Positions 10,320-19,296 of a DNA stretch of 64,000 bases are shown in pieces. The position numbers and the translations under genes are program-made. A model generated the notes under the pieces. The model did not search any database, was not told where the DNA came from, and saw only the letters and a program-made list of their open reading frames with translations. The DNA is from Actinomycetota bacterium (GTDB lineage: Bacteria > Actinomycetota > Acidimicrobiia > Acidimicrobiales > Ilumatobacteraceae). How positions within the stretch are numbered: position 1 is the stretch's first letter; each line of letters opens with the position of its first letter. The stretch spans positions 29,860 to 93,859 of the forward strand of contig WLGS01000001.1 of assembly GCA_009703125.1 (NCBI GenBank). The letters run 5' to 3'.

Positions 10320-11492
10320 CTAGCGATGCCCTGGTGTCATGTAGAACCACACGGGAAATTTCGCACCCGAATCTCGAATGGCTGCACGCGCCGCAAGCAC
10401 CAACTGGCCTGCTTCGGTCTTTTCAAAGAACCAATCTTCCATGGCGCGACCACCAGGAGCCGGGCCATCCACCAATTCAAGAGCTGCCTCTTCGTAATAG
10501 GTGCGAATGTCATGGCACAGCGCAGTGGTGTTGGGAACCGGCAACACCTCAGACCATGGCTCGCCATCAATAACACGTTGTAGTGCCTCCAGCGCACTCG
10601 GTACATCGTCTGCTGAAATAGCACGACCCACCGCAGTCACTCCGCGTTTTTCCTTCGCACGGTCGTATGCCTTGCGAATTCCGCGTGCTTCATCAACAGC
10701 AGGCAGTGCGTCTGGATCAAAGCGTGGCGGAAGCGCACATGCAACAGCCTCGCTCTCTGCTTCGATCACAACGGGGTAATCGACCAATACAGGACCTTGT
10801 GTTTCATCAAGCAATACAAATGCCTTCTGCAACACGTCGTGCTGGAATTGTGGGTCGTTAGGAATTCCCAAAGGTCGCCCTAATGGAAATTCGCAATGCA
10901 ATGCTCGCGGTGGTGCAACTTTTTCTGTCATCGCCCTGATGGAGGACAACACGATGGTGGCAATACCGGCAGCTTCAAAAATATGCGCAAGCACACTCAC
11001 GGTGCGCGAACAAAGAGGTCAAACAGGCGTCAAGATGACAACGTCTACGCCATCTTGGCGCAACAGTGCTGCAGCCGCCGGGCCAGAGTCATAGCGAATT
11101 GTTGCTACGTCATCGGGCTGGTTTCCGGCAAAAGAAATGTGTCGCGGCGCCACAGAACCAATCACACCGTTGGCGGCAAGTTCTTCGAGACGATCAATGG
11201 GATAGACCACGTTGATATCCAACTTCACACCTACAGAATCAAAGTTGGGACTCCAATGCCCCATCACTAAGTCACGACGTGTGCGATCGATGACTCGAAA
11301 ACTTGTGTCCGTGGCAGTGAATGGATCATCTCCTGAGACATACAGCGCTGCAGAGGTCACAATTGCGACGCGTGCATTGCGCAATGGACCAGGAGTCACC
11401 CATGCGGGATTGTCAAAGGTAGGGCCTGGCAAAGATGCCGAGTGTGCTCGCATCATCTGGTCACCGTTCATCGCATGTCTCCTTGCACCCAC
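10320..11492 (-). CDS. glycine/sarcosine/betaine/D-proline reductase selenoprotein B (GrdB/PrdB)-family protein, probable selenoprotein (in-frame UGA at 11019-11021)
   Basis: ORFs 11019..11492 and 10320..11000 share one frame. They are separated only by TGA and six sense codons. Read-through gives ...VVILTPV-U-PLCSRTVSVLAHIFEAAGIATIVLSSIR..., a U-x-x-C motif followed by the family-typical IARxxEexGIPTV-like segment. Confidence 0.6.
10986..11008 (-). promoter_or_regulatory. candidate bacterial SECIS hairpin downstream of the in-frame UGA
   Basis: On the mRNA strand: CGC-GCAC-(CGUGAGU)-GUGC-UU-GCG. This is 7 bp with a 2-nt bulge and a G/U-containing 7-nt loop, starting 10 nt after the UGA. Confidence 0.3.
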
Positions 11493-11578
11493 CTACTTTG
11501 TCATGAATTGCAGCCTGAGTTGCAGTAGGACGTGAACAGACCTTATTTATTCTTCATCTACGGAACTACTGTGGTTCC

Positions 11579-12820
11579 ATGCGCCCCAGAAACAGTCGTT
11601 TATTGCAGATATCTGCAGTGTTGGGCAGTGCGGGCAATTCCGCGGTGCATGTAGCTGTTCCCTGGTTGGTCTTGGAGACCACTGGCTCGTCGGCGCAGGC
11701 CGGAATTGTGTTGGGCATCAGTGGGCTCTCCGTAATTTTCACAGCACCCATCATTGGAGGCGTGATTGCCGTTCTCGGATCACGCCGCGTCTCTATGTGG
11801 TCTGATCTCATTTCGGCCACCTCAGTCATTTTGTTTCCGATTGCAAATGGCACTGTGGGTTTGAATTTTCTTTGGCTATTGCTCATTGCAATCTTTGGAG
11901 CAATGTTTGACCCCGCCGGCGCCACCGCCCGCAAGTCAATGATTCAGCGCGTGGCTTCCGAGGAAGAACTATCGCTTGAAAAGTTCAATGGTCAATTTGA
12001 AGCGTCATCCATTACAGGAACAATCGCAGGACCCGCAGGAGCAGCGTTACTTATTGGTCTTGTTGGGCTCAACACAACTTTCATAATCATCACGTTCGCA
12101 TTCGTGCTTGCTTCGGCAACTGTGCGTCTTATACGCGTTGACACAACTTCCGAAAGCCCTACACAAAAAGCCACTGTGTCCAATGTGATGCATGAAACAC
12201 GTACGGGAATGAGTGTGCTCTGGCGCGACAAGCCTCTTTTGTCTCTGGTGGGTTTGTACACCATGCTGACAGCCATCTACATGCCAGTGGAAACTATCGT
12301 TCTCTCTCGACATTTCAAGGATCTTGATCAACCACATGTGCTTGGTTTCATTCTCTCGTCCATGTCAATTGGCATAGTCATAGGTGCATTGCAGTTTCAT
12401 CGTGTCATTGCCCATATGTCTCCTCCGACTTTGGTAATGACCTCTATGAGTGGCATTGGTCTTGTTGTATGCGCCATGGCATTACTACCCAATGCGCTCT
12501 GGTTTGTTGGTCTCGGGCTCGCACTCGGTTTGGTGTTCGGACCTGTCAGTCCGATGAGTAATTTTCTTGTGCAACGTCGTGTTCCCGAAAACCTCCATGG
12601 ACCAGTCTTTGGCACGTTGTTCTCTCTCACACACGTTGTTCAACCGGTGGGAACATTAGCCCTCGGCCTCATCATCGAGTCAGTGTCAGTTCCACTCACC
12701 TTGCTTGTGATTGGCCTTCTGTTTATTTCGGTCACGTTGCTGGTCGGACTATTGGGTCCCATGAAACATCTCACCACCGAGATGGGGTCATCTGGGCCTA
12801 GCGTTTCCAATAATGATTGA
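11579..12820 (+). CDS. MFS transporter
   Basis: About 12 hydrophobic segments, 413 aa, with general MFS-like organisation. Confidence 0.75.
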   Translation: MRPRNSRLLQISAVLGSAGNSAVHVAVPWLVLETTGSSAQAGIVLGISGLSVIFTAPIIGGVIAVLGSRRVSMWSDLISATSVILFPIANGTVGLNFLWLLLIAIFGAMFDPAGATARKSMIQRVASEEELSLEKFNGQFEASSITGTIAGPAGAALLIGLVGLNTTFIIITFAFVLASATVRLIRVDTTSESPTQKATVSNVMHETRTGMSVLWRDKPLLSLVGLYTMLTAIYMPVETIVLSRHFKDLDQPHVLGFILSSMSIGIVIGALQFHRVIAHMSPPTLVMTSMSGIGLVVCAMALLPNALWFVGLGLALGLVFGPVSPMSNFLVQRRVPENLHGPVFGTLFSLTHVVQPVGTLALGLIIESVSVPLTLLVIGLLFISVTLLVGLLGPMKHLTTEMGSSGPSVSNND

Positions 12821-13391
12821 TCCAGAACTCAAACGAGCACTCGGCCAAGCTGCCAAAGCAGTCGAAGTTGTGGCCGCCACACACGACGGGATCACACGGG
12901 CCTACACCTCTCATTGGGTCACCCAAGTGTCCTTCGAAGAGCCCATCATCATGGCGAGCGTTTCCCCCAAGCACGACACCTACCCACTCATGATTGCCAG
13001 TGGCCAATTCACTGTCTCGTTTTTGGCCGGTGACCAGGTGCATGTAGGCCAATACTTTTCATATCCAGGTCGAAGGTTTCACTACATCGCACCCGAATAT
13101 CTCTCCACCGTGAACAATCACCCCGTCGTGGTGGATTGTTTGTCCTGGGTCCACGCAGAGATTTTCGATACAAAGACAATGGCTGATCATGAATTGCTCT
13201 TTGCACGTGTGACTGACTTTGGCTACGGCCGACTCCGCGAGGCTCCACTTGTGTATTCCTCTCGGCATGGCTGGCGAGTTGCGAGCGAAAAGGCCCGAGC
13301 ACCTGGCGAGAGCCCTCGCGACGAATTATTGGCACGCCTTGCTGCGGCTGGTTATGAGACCACGCCCACAGACCCCGCCGACGACGCCTGA
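12813..13391 (+). CDS. flavin reductase family protein
   Basis: Flavin_Reduct-like pattern (VAATHDGITRAYTSHWVTQVSFEEPIIMASVSPKHDTY). The start overlaps the MFS stop by 8 nt (ATGATTGA). Confidence 0.75.
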   Translation: MIDPELKRALGQAAKAVEVVAATHDGITRAYTSHWVTQVSFEEPIIMASVSPKHDTYPLMIASGQFTVSFLAGDQVHVGQYFSYPGRRFHYIAPEYLSTVNNHPVVVDCLSWVHAEIFDTKTMADHELLFARVTDFGYGRLREAPLVYSSRHGWRVASEKARAPGESPRDELLARLAAAGYETTPTDPADDA

Positions 13392-13409
13392 AGCACTAGC
13401 GTTTCATTC

Positions 13410-14594
13410 ATGTTTCGCCCCCTCGTGGCCGTATGTGCCGCAAGTCTTTTTCTGTCGTCATGTTCGGTCCTCAGTATTGCCCAATCAACGACCACAACCA
13501 CGACAACAACGACCACCACAACTACGACGACCACCACAACCACGCTTCCGCCAAAGCTTGCACCTACTCCTCTGCCGTTTCCTGCGATGGAGTACCGACT
13601 GAACCAAGTGAAAAAGATTGGTGGCAAAATCACCCCGAAATCTGTGGTCGCATCCAATACGGGGTTTGTCATTGGACAAAACATGATGTACACCCATGGC
13701 GTCAGTGTCTATGACTCAGAGGGTGAGCCAATAAAGCGCATCTCTGACGAAGTGCCACGATCGATGTTGGGACTCGAAGGCGAGGGCAAAGTAACTGGCT
13801 CTCCAGTTGAGGCGGACTTCAGCGCCGATGGTTCATTTGCCTATGTGTCGAACTATTCCATGTATGGCCGAGGATTCAATAACGAAGGCGACGATGAATG
13901 CCAGGCCGGCAACACTTTTGATGAGTCATATCTCTACAAGATTGATATGTCGACTATGAAAGTCGTAGCAGCTGCGCGAGTGGGTTCTGTACCCAAGTAT
14001 GTGCAAGCCACCGATGACGGAAAATACGTGCTTGTCACGAACTGGTGTGGCTTTTCACTCAGTGTTGTTGATGCAAACACAATGCAAACAGTGAAAACCA
14101 TTAAGTTGGGCAAGCACCCACGTGGCATTGCAATTACAAAAGATTCACTGCGTGCTTATGTGAGTGTGATGGGCCTCGCACAAATTGCAATCATTGATTT
14201 GACCACTTTGGAACTTGTCAGCAAGACCAAAGTCTCTGGCATTGCACCACGACATATTGTTCTGAGCCCAGATGAACAATTCCTCTACGTGACGTTCAAT
14301 TTGTCCAACACCGTGTCCAAACTCAGCGTTCCTGGCTTGAAGTTGTTGAAGAATGTGCGGACTGCCGAACGTCCACGCACTTTGGATATCTCCCCAGATG
14401 GCACAACGTTGTACCTAGTGAATTACACAGCGAACCAGATCAACGTCCTTAAGGCTGAAAATCTTAAGACCTTGCAAACCATCAACACTTGCTGGCGGCC
14501 CATCGGCATTACTTATGAGGCCGTGAAGAATCGAGTGTGGGTTGCCTGTTACAGCGGACAAATTCTTCTGTTCGATCTTGTACGTAGCGAATAA
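13410..14594 (+). CDS. lipoprotein with poly-Thr linker and YVTN/YncE-like beta-propeller
   Basis: Lipobox LFLSSC, 19 consecutive Thr codons (13488-13544) and repeated ...YV(S/T)N... / ...P(R)GIA(I/L)(T/S)(K/P)D... blades. Confidence 0.75.
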   Translation: MFRPLVAVCAASLFLSSCSVLSIAQSTTTTTTTTTTTTTTTTTTTLPPKLAPTPLPFPAMEYRLNQVKKIGGKITPKSVVASNTGFVIGQNMMYTHGVSVYDSEGEPIKRISDEVPRSMLGLEGEGKVTGSPVEADFSADGSFAYVSNYSMYGRGFNNEGDDECQAGNTFDESYLYKIDMSTMKVVAAARVGSVPKYVQATDDGKYVLVTNWCGFSLSVVDANTMQTVKTIKLGKHPRGIAITKDSLRAYVSVMGLAQIAIIDLTTLELVSKTKVSGIAPRHIVLSPDEQFLYVTFNLSNTVSKLSVPGLKLLKNVRTAERPRTLDISPDGTTLYLVNYTANQINVLKAENLKTLQTINTCWRPIGITYEAVKNRVWVACYSGQILLFDLVRSE

Positions 14595-14597
14595 CGC

Positions 14598-16739
14598 GTG
14601 GAGCACCGTTCGGACATAGAAGGCCTACGCGCCATCGCAGTCATTGCGGTGTTGCTGTTTCATTTTGGAGTACCAGGGACCGATGGCGGATACGTCGGCG
14701 TCGATGTCTTTTTTGTCATCTCCGGATTTCTCATTACCGCACTCTTACTACGTGAGAAAGAAGCAACAGGCACAATCTCACTGCGAGATTTCTACGCGCG
14801 ACGTATTCGTCGTCTATTGCCTGTGTCGTTTGCCGTGGTGGCCGTCACTGCAATTGCGGGAATTGTATGGCTAAGCCCAGCCCGGCTTGACAACTTCGCC
14901 GAAGAGATTGTGGCAGCCGCACTTTTTTTCCCAAACATGTTGTTCGCCTCACGCGGTGCGAATTATCTGCAATCACAACTTCAACCATCGCCACTCCAAC
15001 ACTTCTGGTCGCTGGCAGTAGAAGAACAGTTCTACGCAATTTGGCCTGTACTCATGGTGCTGGTCACACGAGGTCGCACATTGGTCAGACAACGCGTGTT
15101 CTTGCTAGTCAGCGCAATTGTCGTTGCATCATTTGTGATGAGCGTGGCATTCACTACATCGCAACCGTCATGGTCATATTTCGGACTACATACACGCGCC
15201 TGGGAATTAGGCATTGGTGCCCTGTTGGCCGTGTTGTGGCCATTCTTCGCAGCTCGAGTAGGACTGTTGAGGCCTTGGATCGGATGGTTAGGCGCTGCAC
15301 TCATCGTGTTCTCCGTACTGACCTTTAACGGTGCCACTGCATTTCCTGGCTACCTTGCGCTACTTCCGGTGATGGGTACCGCACTGATCATTGCCTCAGG
15401 TCGCGCGCACGCCGAGACGACACTGCATCCCCTCTCGGTGCACAGAGTGTTGTCCTTTCGACCTTTGCAATACATAGGTGCGCGTTCCTATTCCCTTTAT
15501 GTATGGCACTGGCCGCCACTCATCATTGTGGAAGCTGCCCGCGGAGATTCGCTCAGTGTGACGGATCGGATCGTGATCCTTATTGCAGTTCTCATTGCTA
15601 CCGAAATCACTCATGTGTTCTTGGAAAACCCCATACGACGTGCACAGTTTCTTGTCGAACGCACACAACTCACTCTCAACATCGGAGCGTTTTTGATTCT
15701 GGCAGGTGTTCTTGCAGGTGCTGCTGCGGCCTATATCCAGCCCAGCCAATCAACTGGTGTTGTAGTGACCACTCCTACTCTTGCAACTTCGACCACATCA
15801 GTTGCGTCCATAGCGACGTCAACCACTATTGCCGCACCGTCTGGACCTCAACCCATCTCGATGGTGAAAGATAGTGCGCCCACACCAGTCATTGAAGGCC
15901 TCTCTATCTCTGTTGCGCCCGACAATCTCGACCCACCCACTAACAAGGCCGAGACAAACACCAACATCACCTATGACAACGACTGTCACCAATTCTTCAA
16001 AGAGACCGTCAAAAAAGATTGCATCTTTGGAGACCCAGCCGGTGCAATCACCGTTGCTCTCTACGGTGATTCACACGCCGCACAATGGTTTTCACCACTC
16101 AATGAGATTGCCATTGCAAACAAATGGCGACTCATTGCCATCACTCAAGGTGGATGTACGCCGATTGAGTTATCGATTTATAACGTGCAAAATGGTGGCG
16201 TCTACAGACACTGCACACCATGGCGCGAAGATGCTCTGCAGTACATGAAAGACGAAGGCGTGGATTTTGTCGTCACTGGACAATATGTGCGTTATCGCGA
16301 TGCCAACACAGGTGGAATTGTCTCGTCACGTCAGTGGCGAGTGGGTTACACCGAGTTAGTGCAGACCTTGCGTGCATCATCTATGGAGCCGATTCTTTTT
16401 GGTGATACTCCAGATATTCCTGGAGTCCCACCCGATTGCATTGCAAGCAATAGGCGCAATGTCTCTCAGTGTGTGGCCACTCTTAATCGATCCACGTTGG
16501 TCGATGTAATGGATGCACTGCGCAAGGTTGCCCGCGATGAGAAAGTCAGCATGATTGATCCCCAGAAGTGGCTCTGTCATAACAATCTGTGCCCGGTGAT
16601 TGTGGGAAACATCAGTGTCTATCGCGACGACAACCACATCAGCGATGTCATGGCTCGATGGCTGCAGCCGTTACTGACAGAAAAACTCGTGCCGTTCATC
16701 AGTCAATTTGCTCCAACTGCCGCCGTGCCGCAGGGATAG
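14598..16739 (+). CDS. membrane acyltransferase (acyltransferase-3 family) with C-terminal SGNH-like domain (OafA/YrhL type)
   Basis: N-terminus IEGLRAIAVIAVLLFHF followed by about 10 TM helices. A Thr/Ser-rich linker leads to a C-terminal domain with GDSHAAQW (SGNH block I). Confidence 0.8.
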   Translation: MEHRSDIEGLRAIAVIAVLLFHFGVPGTDGGYVGVDVFFVISGFLITALLLREKEATGTISLRDFYARRIRRLLPVSFAVVAVTAIAGIVWLSPARLDNFAEEIVAAALFFPNMLFASRGANYLQSQLQPSPLQHFWSLAVEEQFYAIWPVLMVLVTRGRTLVRQRVFLLVSAIVVASFVMSVAFTTSQPSWSYFGLHTRAWELGIGALLAVLWPFFAARVGLLRPWIGWLGAALIVFSVLTFNGATAFPGYLALLPVMGTALIIASGRAHAETTLHPLSVHRVLSFRPLQYIGARSYSLYVWHWPPLIIVEAARGDSLSVTDRIVILIAVLIATEITHVFLENPIRRAQFLVERTQLTLNIGAFLILAGVLAGAAAAYIQPSQSTGVVVTTPTLATSTTSVASIATSTTIAAPSGPQPISMVKDSAPTPVIEGLSISVAPDNLDPPTNKAETNTNITYDNDCHQFFKETVKKDCIFGDPAGAITVALYGDSHAAQWFSPLNEIAIANKWRLIAITQGGCTPIELSIYNVQNGGVYRHCTPWREDALQYMKDEGVDFVVTGQYVRYRDANTGGIVSSRQWRVGYTELVQTLRASSMEPILFGDTPDIPGVPPDCIASNRRNVSQCVATLNRSTLVDVMDALRKVARDEKVSMIDPQKWLCHNNLCPVIVGNISVYRDDNHISDVMARWLQPLLTEKLVPFISQFAPTAAVPQG

Positions 16740-16761
16740 CGAGCAGATTCCTCACTCCACT

Positions 16762-16790
16762 TTGACATGTTCTGCAAAACATGTTATTTT
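16762..16790 (+). promoter_or_regulatory. candidate sigma-70-type promoter of the SbtA-like gene
   Basis: Perfect -35 TTGACA (16762-16767), a 17-nt spacer and -10 TATTTT (16785-16790), about 50 nt upstream of the ATG at 16843. Confidence 0.4.
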
Positions 16791-16812
16791 TGCCATGTTT
16801 TGTATATCATGA
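16764..16812. promoter_or_regulatory. array of four CATG-core sites phased at exactly 14 bp (putative operator array)
   Basis: CATG occurs at 16766, 16780, 16794 and 16808 (GACATGT, AACATGT, GCCATGT, ATCATGA). The array overlaps the predicted promoter. Confidence 0.5.
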
Positions 16813-16842
16813 CACGAACGTGTAGAACCCCCTGGAGACCCC

Positions 16843-17961
16843 ATGAATAGCGATGTCCTTGACAGCCTGACCGACCCGGCAGTTCTGTTTTTCTTTCTTG
16901 GCTTGTTCGTAGGGGTTATCAAGTCCAATCTGGAGATCCCCGCCCCCATTGCCAAATTCCTTTCGCTCTATCTGCTGATGGCCATCGGCTTCAAAGGCGG
17001 TCAAGCCTTGAGCGATACAGGCCTCTCCGGTGATGCTCTCAAGGTCATTGGTGCGGCGCTCTTCCTTGCATTAATCATTCCCGCCATCTGGTTCTTCGTG
17101 CTCAGTCGCCGCATCAACGCATTTGATGCCTCGGCAATTGCCGCAACGTATGGTTCGGTGAGCGCGGTGACCTTCGTGGTCGCATCACAGTTTGTTGCAG
17201 ACCGCGGCGAAGAAGCCGGCGGTTATCTCACAGTGGCCCTGGTGTTAATGGAATCACCTGCCATCGTGATGGCAGTTCTTCTTGCTACCTGGGTTCGCTC
17301 TCAGTCCGGTACCAATATGTCCACTGGATTTGGAAGCAGGCTCATTCTCAACGAGCAACTTCCAAAACGTAAGTCAGGCGCTCAGGGCGAGACGTTGGTA
17401 CCAGAGGCAGATTACCCAGGCGGCCACACACAAGTAGCCACCAGCGAACACGGTGCAACAAATACGCCTCTGTCCATTAAGGAAGTGCTCCATGAAGCGT
17501 TCACCGATGGAGCGCATCTCTTGCTACTCGGTTCAATGTTGATTGGGTTCATCAGTGGCAAGAGTGGTGGCGAGGCAATGGCCCCCTTCATCAACGATGT
17601 CTTTAAGGGCCTACTCGCTTTTTTCCTCTTGGAAATGGGCCTCTTAGTTGCGCGACAATTGCGTGAGGTGCGCGATGTCGGTCCATTCCTCGTGGGCTTT
17701 GGTGTGTGTGTTCCTTTCGTGAACGCAGCAATGGCATTGCTACTCGGAAGCGCACTTGGTCTTTCAGTTGGTGATCTCACACTGTTGGCTGCACTTGCGT
17801 CGAGCGGCAGTTACATCGTGGTGCCTGCAGTGATTCGCTATGCGATTCCAGAAGCTCGCCCCAGTAGATACTTCACGCTTGCATTAGGAATCACCTTCCC
17901 CATCAACGTGGCAATCGGTATTCCTTTGTACTACGCGGCTGCATCAGCACTCGCTGGCTGA
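16843..17961 (+). CDS. sbtA: sodium-dependent bicarbonate transport family permease (SbtA-like)
   Basis: The N-terminus LTDPAVLFFFLGLFVGVIKSNLEIPAPIAKFLSLYLLMAIGFKGG matches the SbtA-family signature as I remember it. The protein has two hydrophobic halves separated by a hydrophilic loop. Confidence 0.65.
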   Translation: MNSDVLDSLTDPAVLFFFLGLFVGVIKSNLEIPAPIAKFLSLYLLMAIGFKGGQALSDTGLSGDALKVIGAALFLALIIPAIWFFVLSRRINAFDASAIAATYGSVSAVTFVVASQFVADRGEEAGGYLTVALVLMESPAIVMAVLLATWVRSQSGTNMSTGFGSRLILNEQLPKRKSGAQGETLVPEADYPGGHTQVATSEHGATNTPLSIKEVLHEAFTDGAHLLLLGSMLIGFISGKSGGEAMAPFINDVFKGLLAFFLLEMGLLVARQLREVRDVGPFLVGFGVCVPFVNAAMALLLGSALGLSVGDLTLLAALASSGSYIVVPAVIRYAIPEARPSRYFTLALGITFPINVAIGIPLYYAAASALAG

Positions 17962-17987
17962 TTTTCACACAGTTAACACTGCTGTCG

Positions 17988-18314
17988 TTACGACTTAGCG
18001 CCTGACTTCATACGAATGAGGGCCTTAAAGATCTCGCCAATAGTGTGCCCGGCCTCGAGTGGATGGCGGAGATGTTGTGTGTAATCCACGGTGTAGGTGT
18101 TACGTCGTCCATCTTTTGTGCGAATGACGTAACCACCATCTACTAGTTCACCCACGATGCGATGCGCGGCTCGTTCGCCTATCCCCACGAGATCGGCAAT
18201 ATCTGAAATACGGATGTCCGGATTCTGGGCGATACACACGAGCACATGCCCGTGGTTCGTGAAAAAAGTCCATGACCCCTCTGGGGGGTTTGTGGGTTTC
18301 TTCTTAGTAGCCAT
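17988..18314 (-). CDS. small winged-helix (ArsR/MarR-like) transcriptional regulator
   Basis: HTH segment ISDIADLVGIGERAAHRIVGELVDGGYVIRTKDGRRNTYTV. I prefer the ATG at 18314 (MATKKKP) over the ORF-track start at 18365. Confidence 0.7.
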   Translation of the reverse strand: MATKKKPTNPPEGSWTFFTNHGHVLVCIAQNPDIRISDIADLVGIGERAAHRIVGELVDGGYVIRTKDGRRNTYTVDYTQHLRHPLEAGHTIGEIFKALIRMKSGAKS

Positions 18315-18346
18315 CGACCAATAATCGCATATCTTTGAGCCCATTT

Positions 18347-18395
18347 GACATGTCTTTAATAACATGTCATTCTTATCGTGTTTTATGAGACATGA
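18347..18395. promoter_or_regulatory. second array of CATG-core sites phased at 14 bp (putative operator array)
   Basis: GACATGTC (CATG at 18349), AACATGTC (18363), ATCGTGT (degenerate, 18377) and GACATGA (18391). The array lies between the divergent regulator gene and the gene starting at 18411. A TTGACA hexamer sits at 18345-18350. Confidence 0.5.
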
Positions 18396-18410
18396 AAGAC
18401 GGTATCGGTC

Positions 18411-19244
18411 TTGACACCTGCGCGTTACACCGGCAAGAAAGCATCACTTGCCACCATGCACGGCAAGCTCGAACTGATTTCCCCTTCCATGAGCACCCTC
18501 GGTTTGGATGTGTTCCCATCTCCTATCGACACCGATGTGTTTGGCACATTCACCGGTGATGTTGCCCGACGCGCAAGCCCATTCGAAACAGCACTGGCAA
18601 AAGCCCGAGAAGGTATGCGGGCAGCATCTACAACTCTTGGCTTGGCCTCAGAGGGGTCTATTGGCGTACAAGGGTTCTTGCCGATTGTGGCAGATGTAGA
18701 AACTGTCATCTTTGTAGATGATGACGAAGGATTTGTTCTGGCCGAAACCGCCGTGAGCCATCACATAGTCACTCACTCGTGGACTCTCTCACAAGGGCTC
18801 CCTCTCGAAGCTGATCTTGAACGAGCAGGCTTCCCCAACCATGGACTAATCGTGCGCTCCGACCGTAAAGCAGTTGATATCACAAAAGGAATACACGACC
18901 ACAAAGAACTCAATCGTGTCATCGAACATTGTTGGGAGATGGGCGCAACCCAGGTGACTGTGGAATCAGATTTACGAGCACACCACTGCCCATCTCGTCG
19001 TCCCACAATTGCAGAAGCCGCACGCAAACTTGCGAATCGTTTACTCAACAGTTGTCCTTCGTGTGACTGTCCCGGATGGGGCTTGGTGGACATTGTTCGA
19101 GGTCGTGAATGCGCCCAATGTGCACTTCCTACCCAAGCAAAACTCGCTGATGTCTTCGGATGCTCTCGGTGCAGTGCCCGGGAAACAGGTGCACTCAATA
19201 CAGAACCTGCAGACCCATCAACATGTGAGAGATGTAACCCCTGA
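18411..19244 (+). CDS. conserved hypothetical protein with C-terminal Cys-rich (four CxxC) zinc-ribbon-like region
   Basis: Motifs MHGKLE...DTDVFGTFTGDV...LASEGSIG recall an uncharacterised DUF family. The C-terminus carries CPSC, CAQC, CSRC and CERC. The start is uncertain: TTG at 18411 or ATG at 18456. Confidence 0.55.
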   Translation: MTPARYTGKKASLATMHGKLELISPSMSTLGLDVFPSPIDTDVFGTFTGDVARRASPFETALAKAREGMRAASTTLGLASEGSIGVQGFLPIVADVETVIFVDDDEGFVLAETAVSHHIVTHSWTLSQGLPLEADLERAGFPNHGLIVRSDRKAVDITKGIHDHKELNRVIEHCWEMGATQVTVESDLRAHHCPSRRPTIAEAARKLANRLLNSCPSCDCPGWGLVDIVRGRECAQCALPTQAKLADVFGCSRCSARETGALNTEPADPSTCERCNP

Positions 19245-19296
19245 TGAATTTCTATAACTACGACATTGTCACGCTATTGAAAGGCCAAGCGCAGTC

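Noticed and set aside
10320-11492. Alternative reading of the GrdB-like locus as a pseudogene or two separate genes.
   Set aside because: This is not fully excluded but less likely. There is a single TGA, the frame is conserved on both sides, a UxxC context sits at a family-typical position, and a hairpin follows. The second ORF's GTG start has no independent support.
13488-13544. The ACN-rich tract as a slippage-prone microsatellite or phase-variation switch.
   Set aside because: Codons are mixed (ACG, ACC, ACA, ACT), so there is no perfect tandem unit. Any length change in steps of 3 would stay in frame.
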